DNA of 64,000 nucleotides from an uncultured Bacteroidota bacterium (GCA_903844815.1 CAIMVD010000161.1:9025-73024); one strand, 5' to 3'. Counted from the first letter of the stretch, positions 8,467 through 17,576 are shown. Made by a program: numbers and translations. The notes: a model not told the origin generated them from the sequence alone.

Positions 8467-9453
8467 TTCAGCTAAGAGATTACACCCCCTGATATCACTG
8501 TTGTCGAAACGACCAAGCACCTCAAATCCTCCGTTTTCGTGAAGCCGGCCGAGGTCGCCGGTGGCGATAAATGAACAGGAATTTAAGTTAGCGAGATCAA
8601 TGATGTTAATACCTCCCGTCCTGCCTGTTTCGGTATGGATCGAAAGCGGGTCATAAGGATCTCTGATGAGGATCTTCATCCACGGCGGACAATAAAACAG
8701 GCCGTCGCCGGGTGAATAGGCCTGGCTCATGAGCTCAGTCATACCATATTCAGAGTGAATATCCGTCACTTTGAATTTATCTTTCAGAATTTCATGAAGT
8801 TCCTGCCGGGTGATCTCCTTCCTCCTTCCCTTCATACCTCCGGTTTCCATAACTGTGATGCCTGAAAGATCAGGCGAATACTCTTCGGCAAGGTCAAGCA
8901 GTGCAAAACTTACCCCGAGCAGTAATACTTTCCTGCCCTCTTTCCTGCCGGATTTAAGGGCTGTTATAAGTTCTTCCGGATTCCCCTTATAAAAACCGCT
9001 TAACGGGTCATTGCTTGTTTTAATAAGCTTATCGGCCATGTAAACCAGTGATGAACCCGACCGTTCAACATAGGAAGGCAAAAGAGCTGCAATAATATAC
9101 TCTTCCGGACTGCCGTAGAAGAGGCGGAAAGCTTTGAAAAAACTCTCCTCGTACAAACTCAGGTCACACACATAATGTCTGCCGGTTGTTGCACCGGTAG
9201 TGCCGCTGCTCTCAAAAACAGTCTCCTCAGGCCGATCTCCTGTAATTATTTTGTGATTCCTGAATAATTCAACAGGGAGGAAGGTCAGTTCATTGATGCT
9301 TGTCGGAGAACTTTTTCCTTTTCGCAGATTATCTGTGAAGCTTTTGTAAAGAGGATTATTATCGTGCTGGTACCTGAAGACTTCGAGTGCGGCATCTTTG
9401 AAATCATCCCGATTGCGGATACTGAAGATCCTTTTCCGCAGGTCGCCGGTCAT
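8464..9453 (-). CDS. LuxE/PaaK-like acyl-protein synthetase / adenylate-forming acyltransferase
   Basis: Contains the adenylation motif FESSGTTGATTGRHY and later TGGMKGRRKEITR. I place the start at the ATG at 9451-9453 (MTGDLRK...), which overlaps the upstream gene's stop as ATGA. The ORF track extends it to 9495. Confidence 0.7.
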   Translation of the reverse strand: MTGDLRKRIFSIRNRDDFKDAALEVFRYQHDNNPLYKSFTDNLRKGKSSPTSINELTFLPVELFRNHKIITGDRPEETVFESSGTTGATTGRHYVCDLSLYEESFFKAFRLFYGSPEEYIIAALLPSYVERSGSSLVYMADKLIKTSNDPLSGFYKGNPEELITALKSGRKEGRKVLLLGVSFALLDLAEEYSPDLSGITVMETGGMKGRRKEITRQELHEILKDKFKVTDIHSEYGMTELMSQAYSPGDGLFYCPPWMKILIRDPYDPLSIHTETGRTGGINIIDLANLNSCSFIATGDLGRLHENGGFEVLGRFDNSDIRGCNLLAE

Positions 9454-9986
9454 TTTACGGGGAATGTTGTACTGCCATCGGGCTGAAAAACCCATTCAAA
9501 GGTGCACTCACCATAGGGAATGCTATTTCTCGTCTCATTCACCACAGCGATGATCCTGATCTTTGCGTATTGCTCTGCGGTTGTCCGGTATATCCACACC
9601 TGGTTGGCTCTTAACGCATCGGCTATTCCTGTCCATGTAACGGATGGAAGGGAAGCTATACTGTTAAATGCCTGTGAGGCGGTTGCAGCATCTGCAAATT
9701 CACCATATTTCGAAAATGAATCGAGGAAATTATTCGCCTGAAATGAAAGCTTCGGAGGTTGGGAGTCGGAATCAACATATAATACGATATCCGGTCCCGG
9801 GTTTTCAAGTGTTGAAACTTTTGCCGACTTTGAAAATGAAAATCCTATCGCATAATAGGTATTCGACTTTAAAATTATGTTATCAATTGTATCGGTTCCC
9901 GAAGTCCTTACTGTCTCATCCTTTTTGCATCCGGCAATAAGTGCCAGTGAGATAATCAATATAATGAATAACCTTTTCATAGTCAT
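9450..9986 (-). CDS. hypothetical lipoprotein
   Basis: 178 aa. Lipoprotein signal MKRLFIILIISLALIAGC. I recognise no family. It is translationally coupled to the LuxE-like gene. Confidence 0.6.
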   Translation of the reverse strand: MTMKRLFIILIISLALIAGCKKDETVRTSGTDTIDNIILKSNTYYAIGFSFSKSAKVSTLENPGPDIVLYVDSDSQPPKLSFQANNFLDSFSKYGEFADAATASQAFNSIASLPSVTWTGIADALRANQVWIYRTTAEQYAKIRIIAVVNETRNSIPYGECTFEWVFQPDGSTTFPVK

Positions 9987-10054
9987 AAATAAAAGTAAAC
10001 AAGAATAAGGTCAGTAAGTTCAGAATCGGAAACAAATCACTTTGAAATTCTTTT

Positions 10055-10135
10055 ACCACGGAGGTCACGGAGTTTTACATCTCTAAATGTTCATGACTCC
10101 GTGATACTCCATAAAACCCTGTGTAACTCCGTGGT
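10055..10135. repeat. nested hairpin built from CACGGAG / CTCCGTG units
   Basis: accacggag (10055-10063) pairs with ctccgtggt (10127-10135). tcacggagt (10065-10073) pairs with actccgtga (10097-10105). The unit differs by one nt from the CACAGAG unit at 4557-4658. The element lies directly downstream of the pgk stop. Confidence 0.8.
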
Positions 10136-10159
10136 TAAAAGAACTGTTACTTAAGCTGA

Positions 10160-11422
10160 TTATTCACCCCGGATTGCCGTAATGCCCGGAAGTTTCTTGC
10201 CTTCCATATACTCCAGCATGGCACCGCCTCCTGTAGAAACATAGCTTACCTTGTCGGCAAGGCCGTTTTTATTAATGGCGGCCACGGAGTCGCCTCCGCC
10301 GATAAGGCTGTAGGCTCCATTAGCAGTAGCGGCGGCGATAGCTTTAGCCACTGCAGTTGTACCCTTTGAGAATTTCTCCATTTCGAAGACTCCCATTGGA
10401 CCGTTCCAGAGAATTGTTTTGGAATTCTCAATGACGTCCGAAAACAGCTGAATTGTTTTTTCTGCAATGTCGAGTCCCAGCCAGCCATCTTCTACCGCAT
10501 CAACTGCTGTAACCGAAGTTGCTGCCTCAGCGTCGAACTTGTCGGCGTTAAGACTATCGACAGGAAGATAAAGCTTAACATTTTTTGCTTTAGCTTTTTC
10601 GATAAGGCTCAGAGCCAGATCGAGTTTATCGCCTTCGCAGAGAGAGTTTCCTATCTTGCCACCCATTGCTTTTATGAAGGTGTAAGTCATGCCACCGCCA
10701 ATAATTATGTTATCTACCCTGTTGAGGAGATTCTCAATAAGAAGGATTTTATCGGAGACCTTTGCACCACCCATTATGGCAGTAAATGGCCTTTGTGGAT
10801 CCTTAAGCACTTTATCCATTGCTACAAGTTCGCTGTTAATGAGGTATCCGAACATTTTCTCTTCTTCTCCGAAGAAGTCGGCCATAACTGCCGTAGTAGC
10901 ATGGGCACGATGAGCCGTTCCGAATGCATCATTTACATAAACACCGGCATAGGCTGACAGTTTTTTTGCCATCTCTTTCTGCCTGACCTTCATTTCAGCC
11001 TTTGCTGCTTTCTTTTCCTCATCGGTGACGTTCTCGGGAAGTATGGGCTTACCCTCCTCTTCCGGATAGAAACGGACATTTTCAAGAAGAAGGATCTCAC
11101 CGGCTTTTAGATCTGCAGCCATTTTTTCAGTCGATTCACCCAGACAATCATCGGCAAAAAGGATCTTTTTACCCAGGTGCTTTTCAAGAACCGGGATAAC
11201 GGGTTTCAGGGAGTATTTCTCCATCCGTCCCTCAGGTCTTCCGAGGTGCGACATCAGGATAAGGCATCCTCCATCATCAAGTATCTTATTGATTGTCAAT
11301 AGGGCTCCCCTTATGCGGGTGTCATCGGTTACTGTAAAGGTTTTCTTGTCGAGAGGCACGTTAAAATCTACCCTGACTATTGCTTTTTTCCCTTTGAAGT
11401 TAAAGTCCTGAATCATTTTCAT
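10160..11422 (-). CDS. pgk: phosphoglycerate kinase
   Basis: 420 aa. Pgk motifs include [25 protein letters not shown] and STGGGA. Confidence 0.95.
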   Translation of the reverse strand: MKMIQDFNFKGKKAIVRVDFNVPLDKKTFTVTDDTRIRGALLTINKILDDGGCLILMSHLGRPEGRMEKYSLKPVIPVLEKHLGKKILFADDCLGESTEKMAADLKAGEILLLENVRFYPEEEGKPILPENVTDEEKKAAKAEMKVRQKEMAKKLSAYAGVYVNDAFGTAHRAHATTAVMADFFGEEEKMFGYLINSELVAMDKVLKDPQRPFTAIMGGAKVSDKILLIENLLNRVDNIIIGGGMTYTFIKAMGGKIGNSLCEGDKLDLALSLIEKAKAKNVKLYLPVDSLNADKFDAEAATSVTAVDAVEDGWLGLDIAEKTIQLFSDVIENSKTILWNGPMGVFEMEKFSKGTTAVAKAIAAATANGAYSLIGGGDSVAAINKNGLADKVSYVSTGGGAMLEYMEGKKLPGITAIRGE

Positions 11423-11461
11423 AGATCAAGTATTTTTATTTGGTTGATAAAATTTCTACTA

Positions 11462-11469
11462 CAAACCTA
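11462..11469 (-). promoter_or_regulatory. candidate -7 box (TAGGTTTG) for pgk
   Basis: Plus strand reads caaaccta, 40 nt upstream of the pgk ATG. Confidence 0.3.
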
Positions 11470-11582
11470 CATTTTTTTTAGAAATAATCGTTTGAAAAGA
11501 AGTTCGAAAAATGTTGCATTATCGCCCAAGTAAGCTGAACTTTGCAGCAAGATCAATTGTTTCTGCATTTTAAAATATTGAT

Positions 11583-11590
11583 TAATTTTG
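11583..11590 (+). promoter_or_regulatory. candidate -7 box (TAATTTTG) for tpx
   Basis: Exact TAnnTTTG match ending 10 nt before the ATG at 11601, which would give a very short leader. Confidence 0.3.
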
Positions 11591-11600
11591 TAAAAAAGTT

Positions 11601-12098
11601 ATGGCAAAAATCGCATTAAACGGAAACCCTATTAACACATCGGGTAATCTACCGCAAAAGGGGAGCCAGGCTCCTGAGTTCAATCTGGTAAAAACTGACC
11701 TTGGCGGTCAGACACTTTCAGACCTGAGAGGGAAGAAGGTAATCCTAAACATATTTCCTAGTCTGGACACATCGGTTTGTGCAACATCTGTAAGAAAATT
11801 CAATCAGCTTGCTGCCGGGAAGTCCAATGTAGCTGTTATTGCTATATCTAAAGACCTTCCTTTTGCTCACGGCAGATTCTGTTCTACCGAGGGCATCACA
11901 AATGTGACACCTGCGTCAGGCTTCCGCGATACTGAATTCGGCAAGGCTTACGGAATTGACCTTATTGACGGCCCATTGGCAGGACTGTATGCACGGAGCA
12001 TCGTGGTGGTTAATGAAATCGGAGAAGTAGTTCATACTCAGCTTGTTCCTGACATCGTACAGGAACCCGACTATGAATCAGCACTTGCTGCAGTTTAA
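11601..12098 (+). CDS. tpx: thiol peroxidase (atypical 2-Cys peroxiredoxin)
   Basis: 165 aa. IFPSLDTSVCATSVRKFN carries the peroxidatic Cys in the Tpx context, with the second Cys in GRFCSTEG. Confidence 0.9.
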   Translation: MAKIALNGNPINTSGNLPQKGSQAPEFNLVKTDLGGQTLSDLRGKKVILNIFPSLDTSVCATSVRKFNQLAAGKSNVAVIAISKDLPFAHGRFCSTEGITNVTPASGFRDTEFGKAYGIDLIDGPLAGLYARSIVVVNEIGEVVHTQLVPDIVQEPDYESALAAV

Positions 12099-12121
12099 AG
12101 AAGTTATAGCATAATTCCCTG

Positions 12122-13249
12122 ATGAATTTCGCTGATATTCCCGGCCATAGGGAGATTAAGGGCAAATTGCTCCGGTCGGTAAGAGACGAGAGAGTGAGCC
12201 ATGCCCAGCTATTTGCCGGCCCCGGAGGGTGCGGCAGTATGGCTCTTGCTCTTGCTTTTGCAAGGTATATCAGTTGCGAAAACCGGACAGAGAATGACTC
12301 ATGCGGAGTGTGCAAATCGTGCGTCAAGCATGAAAAGATGATACACCCCGATCTTCATTTCGTATTCCCGGTTATCAAAGGGAAAAAAGCTACAGATCCT
12401 GTTAGCGACCACTACATAGCAGAATGGAGAGACTTTGTTAAGAAGTCTCCCTATTTTACTATCAACAACTGGCTCGAATTTATTGAAGTTGAGAATGCAC
12501 AAGGGATGATTTTCGCCTCGGAGGCATCGGAGATCATAAAAAAACTCAATCTGAAAACATATGAGTCGGAGTATAAGATAATGATAATCTGGCTTCCCGA
12601 AAAGATGCATCAGGCCACCTCAAACAAACTTCTTAAAATGATTGAGGAACCACCTGAAAAGACCCTCTTTCTGCTTGTGTCCGATGAGCCCGACAAAATA
12701 ATTCCAACAATTCTCTCGCGATGCCAGCTCGTAAAAATACCTTCTTTCAGCAACCGCGATATTGAGCGTTATCTGGCTGAAAGTTCAGGTATTACATCCG
12801 ATAAAGCTGCCGACCTGTCAAGAGTATCGAACGGAAGCATTATAAGAGCCATCGAACTCAGCGAAAATGAGGATGCTACACACGCCAGCCTTGAAAGGTT
12901 TAAAAGCCTTATGCGGTTTGCATGGAAACGCGACATTATCTCACTTATCAACTGGTCGGAGGAAATTGCCGTAACCGGCCGGGAGCCGCAGAAGAATTTC
13001 ATATTGTTCTCAATCAGGTTACTCCGCGAAAACCTTATGCTTTCTCTTGGTCAGAAAGAAAACAACATTGTCTTCCTGACAGGTGAAGAAAATTCATTCT
13101 CTGAAAAGTTTCATCCTTCAATCACCAGGCAAAACATCTTCCCTCTTACTGAGGAGTTTAGCCTTGTCCATTCGCACATTGAGGCAAACGGCAATCCAAA
13201 GATAATCTTCCTCGACCTTGCCCTGAAAGTAACAAAGCTTATCCGCTGA
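12122..13249 (+). CDS. holB: DNA polymerase III subunit delta'
   Basis: 375 aa. SHAQLFAGPGGCGSMALALAFARYISC, a Cys cluster (CGVCKSC) and ILSRCQ are typical of the delta' clamp-loader subunit. Confidence 0.85.
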   Translation: MNFADIPGHREIKGKLLRSVRDERVSHAQLFAGPGGCGSMALALAFARYISCENRTENDSCGVCKSCVKHEKMIHPDLHFVFPVIKGKKATDPVSDHYIAEWRDFVKKSPYFTINNWLEFIEVENAQGMIFASEASEIIKKLNLKTYESEYKIMIIWLPEKMHQATSNKLLKMIEEPPEKTLFLLVSDEPDKIIPTILSRCQLVKIPSFSNRDIERYLAESSGITSDKAADLSRVSNGSIIRAIELSENEDATHASLERFKSLMRFAWKRDIISLINWSEEIAVTGREPQKNFILFSIRLLRENLMLSLGQKENNIVFLTGEENSFSEKFHPSITRQNIFPLTEEFSLVHSHIEANGNPKIIFLDLALKVTKLIR

Positions 13250-13286
13250 TACTTAAACCGGTTATTGAAATAATCTTTTTATTCAC

Positions 13287-13294
13287 TATTTTTG
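13287..13294 (+). promoter_or_regulatory. candidate -7 box (TATTTTTG) for ricT-gldH-trmB
   Basis: Exact TAnnTTTG match 30 nt upstream of the ATG at 13324. Confidence 0.35.
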
Positions 13295-13323
13295 CGATGA
13301 AATTTCGATAGCACTATAGTTCT

Positions 13324-14475
13324 ATGACAGATAATGATGATATTCACGGGTTGCCGGGTGATGATGTCCGCATGCCTGATATAACATACAAACCAGGCCT
13401 TAATAAACTTGATTCATTCAATTGGCTGAGCGACCTTCCCAACAGTGCCGATGACAATGAATTTGTTGAGGTCAGATTCAAAAACACCCGGAAGGGCTTC
13501 TTCAGAAATGTAAACGCACTCAGGCTCGAAATAGGTGATGTTGTGGCTGTCGAAGCATCTCCTGGTCATGATATCGGAAGGGTCTCAATGATCGGACCAC
13601 TTGTGTCGGAACAGATTAAGAAACTGAAGATTCTCCCCTCTCCCGACGACTTCAAGAAAGTTTACAGGAAAGCAAAGGCGGTTGATGTTCAGAAATGGGA
13701 GGAATCAAAGAAACTCGAGACGCCGACAATGCTCCGTTCAAGGAAAATAACCGAAGAGCTGAAGCTTAATATGAAGGTAGGTGATGTTGAATACCAGGGA
13801 GATAAGACCAAGGCTATTTTTTATTATATTGCCGATGAAAGAGTGGATTTCAGGCAGCTTATAAAAGTTTTGGCCGATGAGTTCAGGGTACGTATCGAGA
13901 TGCGCCAGATAGGAGCCCGGCAGGAAGCCGGAAGGATAGGCGGTATAGGCTCATGCGGACGGGAACTGTGTTGCACCACCCATATCACCAATTTTGTTTC
14001 GGTAACAACAACCCACGCAAAATACCAGGAGCTTTCGCTTAACCCCCAGAAACTTGCCGGCCAATGCAGTAAGCTTAAATGCTGTCTTAACTTTGAACTC
14101 GATTGCTATGTGGATGCTCAGAAGTCCTTCCCTTCAAAAGATGTTCCTCTCGAAGCCCTCGACTGCACAGCCTGGTTCTTTAAAATGGAGGTCCACAAGG
14201 GCATCTACTGGTACTCTACCGATCAGAACTCAACAGCCAATCTGGTTGCCATGCCGGTGCAGAGAGTTAAGGAGATAATTGCCATAAACCGCAAAGGCAA
14301 AAAAGTCGACAGGCTCAAGCTGATTGATGCAGCCGGCGAAATCGCCCCTGTATCGCAGGATCTTTTAAAAAACAACAGCCTCACAAGGTTCGACCCCCCG
14401 GAAAAGAAAAATCTGCCCCAGAGAAATCAGAACAGAAGAAAAACCAGGAAATTCAATGACAATAAGAATAAATAG
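13324..14475 (+). CDS. ricT: PSP1-domain protein (RicT/YaaT-like)
   Basis: 383 aa. PSP1 core: DVEYQGDKTKAIFYYIADERVDFRQLIKVLADEFRVRIEMRQIGARQEA, followed by the Cys cluster GSCGRELCC...CSKLKCC. Confidence 0.85.
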   Translation: MTDNDDIHGLPGDDVRMPDITYKPGLNKLDSFNWLSDLPNSADDNEFVEVRFKNTRKGFFRNVNALRLEIGDVVAVEASPGHDIGRVSMIGPLVSEQIKKLKILPSPDDFKKVYRKAKAVDVQKWEESKKLETPTMLRSRKITEELKLNMKVGDVEYQGDKTKAIFYYIADERVDFRQLIKVLADEFRVRIEMRQIGARQEAGRIGGIGSCGRELCCTTHITNFVSVTTTHAKYQELSLNPQKLAGQCSKLKCCLNFELDCYVDAQKSFPSKDVPLEALDCTAWFFKMEVHKGIYWYSTDQNSTANLVAMPVQRVKEIIAINRKGKKVDRLKLIDAAGEIAPVSQDLLKNNSLTRFDPPEKKNLPQRNQNRRKTRKFNDNKNK

Positions 14476-14962
14476 ATACATATTTGTTATTCTGGCTCCG
14501 TTCCTGATCCTGCTCTCATCATGCAACAGCAATGTGGTGTTTTCGGATACCCATGCGATGGCGGAAAACACCTGGAAACTGATGGATATCAGCTCTTTCA
14601 AAGCTGAGGTCGATGACACTCTGACTAGTAACAATATATATTTTACCTTAAGGTCATCTTCATCATATCCTTTCCACAATATCTGGCTTTTTGTAACCAC
14701 AATCGCTCCCGGCGGAAAAAGTGTCACCGACACACTTCAGTTCAACCTCGCTGACGAAAAAGGCAGGAGTTACGGGAGGGGATTCGGCGACATTCACGAA
14801 CTGGATCTTCCCTATAAATCAAACGTCTATTTTCCGGCAAAAGGAATATACCAGTTCCGTGTCCAGCACGGCATGAGGATTGAAGACCTCAATGGTGTTT
14901 ATGATTTCGGACTTAGAATAGAAAAGATCCCAATTATTAAGCCGGGGAATGGGAAAAAATAA
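14456..14962 (+). CDS. gldH: gliding-motility / T9SS-associated lipoprotein GldH
   Basis: 168 aa. Lipoprotein signal ...FLILLSSC. The size, the hydrophobic core (NIWLFVTT) and the position downstream of holB-PSP1 fit my recollection of the GldH family. I did not verify this by search. Confidence 0.65.
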   Translation: MTIRINRYIFVILAPFLILLSSCNSNVVFSDTHAMAENTWKLMDISSFKAEVDDTLTSNNIYFTLRSSSSYPFHNIWLFVTTIAPGGKSVTDTLQFNLADEKGRSYGRGFGDIHELDLPYKSNVYFPAKGIYQFRVQHGMRIEDLNGVYDFGLRIEKIPIIKPGNGKK

Positions 14963-15725
14963 ACTTGCCAGGTGGAACGAACTGGCTTCATTCGAAAAGG
15001 TTATTCAGCCCGAAACCGGAGATGTTGCTACAAATGACCATTCAATCAAGGGCAGATGGAACATTGAAATGTTCAGGAATGATAATCCTGTCATTCTTGA
15101 ACTTGGATGCGGAAAAGGCGAATACACAACAGGACTCGCATCAAGATTCCCGGAAAAAAACTTCATCGGCATCGATATAAAGGGTGCAAGAATGTGGCGT
15201 GGAGCAAAAACCGCAACAGACCAGAAACTCCCAAATGTTGCTTTCCTGCGCACAAGAATCGAGTTTATTGGTTCGTTTTTTTCCGAAAATGAGGTCGGTG
15301 AGATCTGGGTAACATTCCCCGATCCGCACCCCGGAGGAAGAAACGCAAATAAACGGCTTACCTCGCCCCGTTTCCTTAACAGCTACCGCAAATTCCTGAA
15401 AAACAATGGTCCTGTTCACCTGAAAACTGATAATACCGAGCTCTATGAATATACAAGCTCTCTTGTGAAATCAAATGAGCTTGAAATGATTTACTCAACA
15501 AATGACCTCTATTCAATCGACTTTGGTTCTGAATCTCATACAGATACCGGCAGGGAATCCTTACATCAGACAATAGGCGACAGATCATCAGTGAACGGCA
15601 TCCTGTCGATAAAGACCCATTACGAAAAGCTGTTCCTGGCTAAAGACATGAAAATCAATTATCTCTCATTCAGGCTCCCCAAAGAAAAGAATATAAATGA
15701 CCCGTTACGGAAAGAAAACAGCTGA
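14949..15725 (+). CDS. trmB: tRNA (guanine46-N7)-methyltransferase
   Basis: 258 aa. SAM-binding ILELGCGKGEYT, FPDPHP and the TrmB layout. It has an inserted or extended C-terminal region. Confidence 0.85.
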   Translation: MGKNKLARWNELASFEKVIQPETGDVATNDHSIKGRWNIEMFRNDNPVILELGCGKGEYTTGLASRFPEKNFIGIDIKGARMWRGAKTATDQKLPNVAFLRTRIEFIGSFFSENEVGEIWVTFPDPHPGGRNANKRLTSPRFLNSYRKFLKNNGPVHLKTDNTELYEYTSSLVKSNELEMIYSTNDLYSIDFGSESHTDTGRESLHQTIGDRSSVNGILSIKTHYEKLFLAKDMKINYLSFRLPKEKNINDPLRKENS

Positions 15726-16050
15726 CAACGATTTTTTTTCCATGGTCTATGAAGTTACAAAGCTAATCCCCTATGGGAGAGTAACATCATACGGAGCCAT
15801 TGCCCGGTATCTTGGCTCCGGAAGGTCGGCGCGAATGGTAGGATGGGCCCTGAATGCCTGCCATAATATGCCAGACCCTGTCCCGGCCCACAGAGTTGTC
15901 AACCGCCACGGACTGCTTACAGGCAAACACCATTTCGGAAACTCCACAACCATGGAACAGCTCCTTATTAACGAGGGTATCATAATCGAGGACGATGCAA
16001 TCCTTAACTTCAAAGAAAAATTCTGGGACCCTTTCTCAGAACTTGGTTAG
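15697..16050 (+). CDS. alkyltransferase-like (ATL) protein: MGMT DNA-binding domain lacking the acceptor cysteine
   Basis: IPYGRVTSYGAIA...VPAHRVV. The PCHR active-site motif reads PAHR (Ala codon gcc at 15886-15888). Only the C-terminal MGMT domain is present. The likely true start is Met16 (nt 15742), just after the trmB stop. Confidence 0.75.
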   Translation: MTRYGKKTADNDFFSMVYEVTKLIPYGRVTSYGAIARYLGSGRSARMVGWALNACHNMPDPVPAHRVVNRHGLLTGKHHFGNSTTMEQLLINEGIIIEDDAILNFKEKFWDPFSELG

Positions 16051-16160
16051 AAATTTTGAAGTCTGATATTAAATTTCTAAAATTGTACCTTGTTTAGAAT
16101 TAATTTAAATAAAAATAATTTGCAAATATTCTAAAAGACCATCGCCGAAATGACCGTTTT

Positions 16161-16345
16161 TACCCCCCAACCCCCCAAGGGGGGCTTAATAAAATACAGT
16201 ATTTCAATATAGTCCCTTGGGGTGATTAAATTGGTTTAGTGAAAAGTAAGCCTTTTTCAGCTGATCATGGTCATGGACAGAACTTATTACCCGAATAGTT
16301 GTTAATAAGTCAGACTAAAAGCCACCCTTGGGGGGTTGGGGGGTA
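16161..16345. repeat. TA-bounded element with 21-nt perfect terminal inverted repeats (TACCCCCCAACCCCCCAAGGG), MITE-like
   Basis: 16161-16181 (taccccccaaccccccaaggg) is the exact reverse complement of 16325-16345. A partial internal copy, cccttgggg, lies at 16214-16222. The same motif recurs at 38523. Confidence 0.75.
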
Positions 16346-16460
16346 AAGCCCGGTTGATGGTAAAAGCCGGGAGAAGTGTAAATCCTGAGGATAGAAGCAA
16401 AATAAATTTTTAACAAACTGTAATTCAGTAATTTATAAAATATACGATACACAAATAGAT

Positions 16461-17564
16461 ATGTTCTCAGAAAAAGATATTTTAAAAGCCCTCTCAAAAG
16501 TGATTCATCCTGCCTCAGGCACCGACATCGTAACTCTTGGAATGGTAAAGGAAATTGTATCGGGAGATGATGGAATTTCTCTTGTACTAACACCAGAGAA
16601 GTCGAATGATCCATTTATTTCATCGGTAAAGAGCACCATAGTAAAAACAATAAAAGAGATTCTGGGCCCCGATGCTGCAATTGCAGATATAAAGATTGAG
16701 CCAAAAGTAATAGTGGGAAAGCAGCATGAAAAGAAACGTGAGGTCCTTCCGGAAGTTAAGAATATTATTGCCGTCTCTTCAGGAAAAGGAGGAGTTGGAA
16801 AGACCACCATCGCAGTCAATCTTGCAATAGCACTTGCCAGGCAGGGATTCAGTGTAGGACTGCTCGACGCCGATGTATTCGGCCCATCAGTACCAAAGAT
16901 GTTCCATGCCGAAGATTACAGGCCTGAGATCCGGCAGGAAAACAATGCCGACATAATTGTACCTATGACCAAACACGGGGTGAAGGTCCTTTCTACAGGA
17001 TTTTTTGTCGACCCTTCCGATGCCGTTATATGGCGCGGCCCAATGGCTTCGAGCTTCCTTAAACAGCTTATAATGCAGGGCGATTGGGGAGCTCTTGATT
17101 TTCTTCTGGTGGATCTCCCTCCCGGAACCAGCGATATTCACCTTACCCTCGTACAGGAAGTTCCTGTTACAGGTGCAATAGTCGTAACAACACCACAGGA
17201 AGTGGCTGTTGCCGATGCAATTAAAGGCATTTCAATGTTCAGGAGTGAAAAAATCGATGTCCCGGTGCTCGGACTCGTTGAAAATATGTCGTGGTTTACT
17301 CCAGCCGAGCTTCCCCTCAACAAGTACTATATTTTCGGAAAAGAGGGAGGCAAAAACTTATCTGAAAAAATGAACGTACCCTTGCTCGGTCAGATTCCTC
17401 TGGTGCAGAGCATCAGGGAAGGAAGCGACAACGGCGAGCCTGTGGCCCTTAACGATTCTATAACGGGCAATGCCTTTATGGAACTCGCATCAGCGGTTGT
17501 TGAGCGGACGGAACAAAGAAACAGGGACCAACGGCCAACACTGAAACTTGAAATAACAAAATAA
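16461..17564 (+). CDS. apbC: Mrp/NBP35-family Fe-S cluster carrier ATPase
   Basis: 367 aa. N-terminal DUF59-like domain, then the deviant Walker A SGKGGVGKTT, DADVFGPS and the ParA-like fold. Confidence 0.9.
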   Translation: MFSEKDILKALSKVIHPASGTDIVTLGMVKEIVSGDDGISLVLTPEKSNDPFISSVKSTIVKTIKEILGPDAAIADIKIEPKVIVGKQHEKKREVLPEVKNIIAVSSGKGGVGKTTIAVNLAIALARQGFSVGLLDADVFGPSVPKMFHAEDYRPEIRQENNADIIVPMTKHGVKVLSTGFFVDPSDAVIWRGPMASSFLKQLIMQGDWGALDFLLVDLPPGTSDIHLTLVQEVPVTGAIVVTTPQEVAVADAIKGISMFRSEKIDVPVLGLVENMSWFTPAELPLNKYYIFGKEGGKNLSEKMNVPLLGQIPLVQSIREGSDNGEPVALNDSITGNAFMELASAVVERTEQRNRDQRPTLKLEITK

Positions 17565-17576
17565 TAATTATAGAGT

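Noticed and set aside
8464-9453. LuxE homologue as evidence of a bioluminescence operon
   Set aside because: No luxA, luxB, luxC or luxD-like genes are present. Bacteroidota commonly carry orphan LuxE/PaaK-like adenylating enzymes.
16047-16080. 10-bp inverted repeat ttagaaattt / aaatttctaa overlapping the atl stop codon as a terminator
   Set aside because: The stem is almost entirely A/T and no T-run follows. It is too weak to call.
16315-16614. 99-aa minus-strand ORF (and 38347..38580 on the plus strand) encoding PQPPKGG-like peptides
   Set aside because: Both are translations of the C6/G6 palindromic repeat and adjacent AT-rich intergenic DNA. One overlaps the apbC start. They are not genes.
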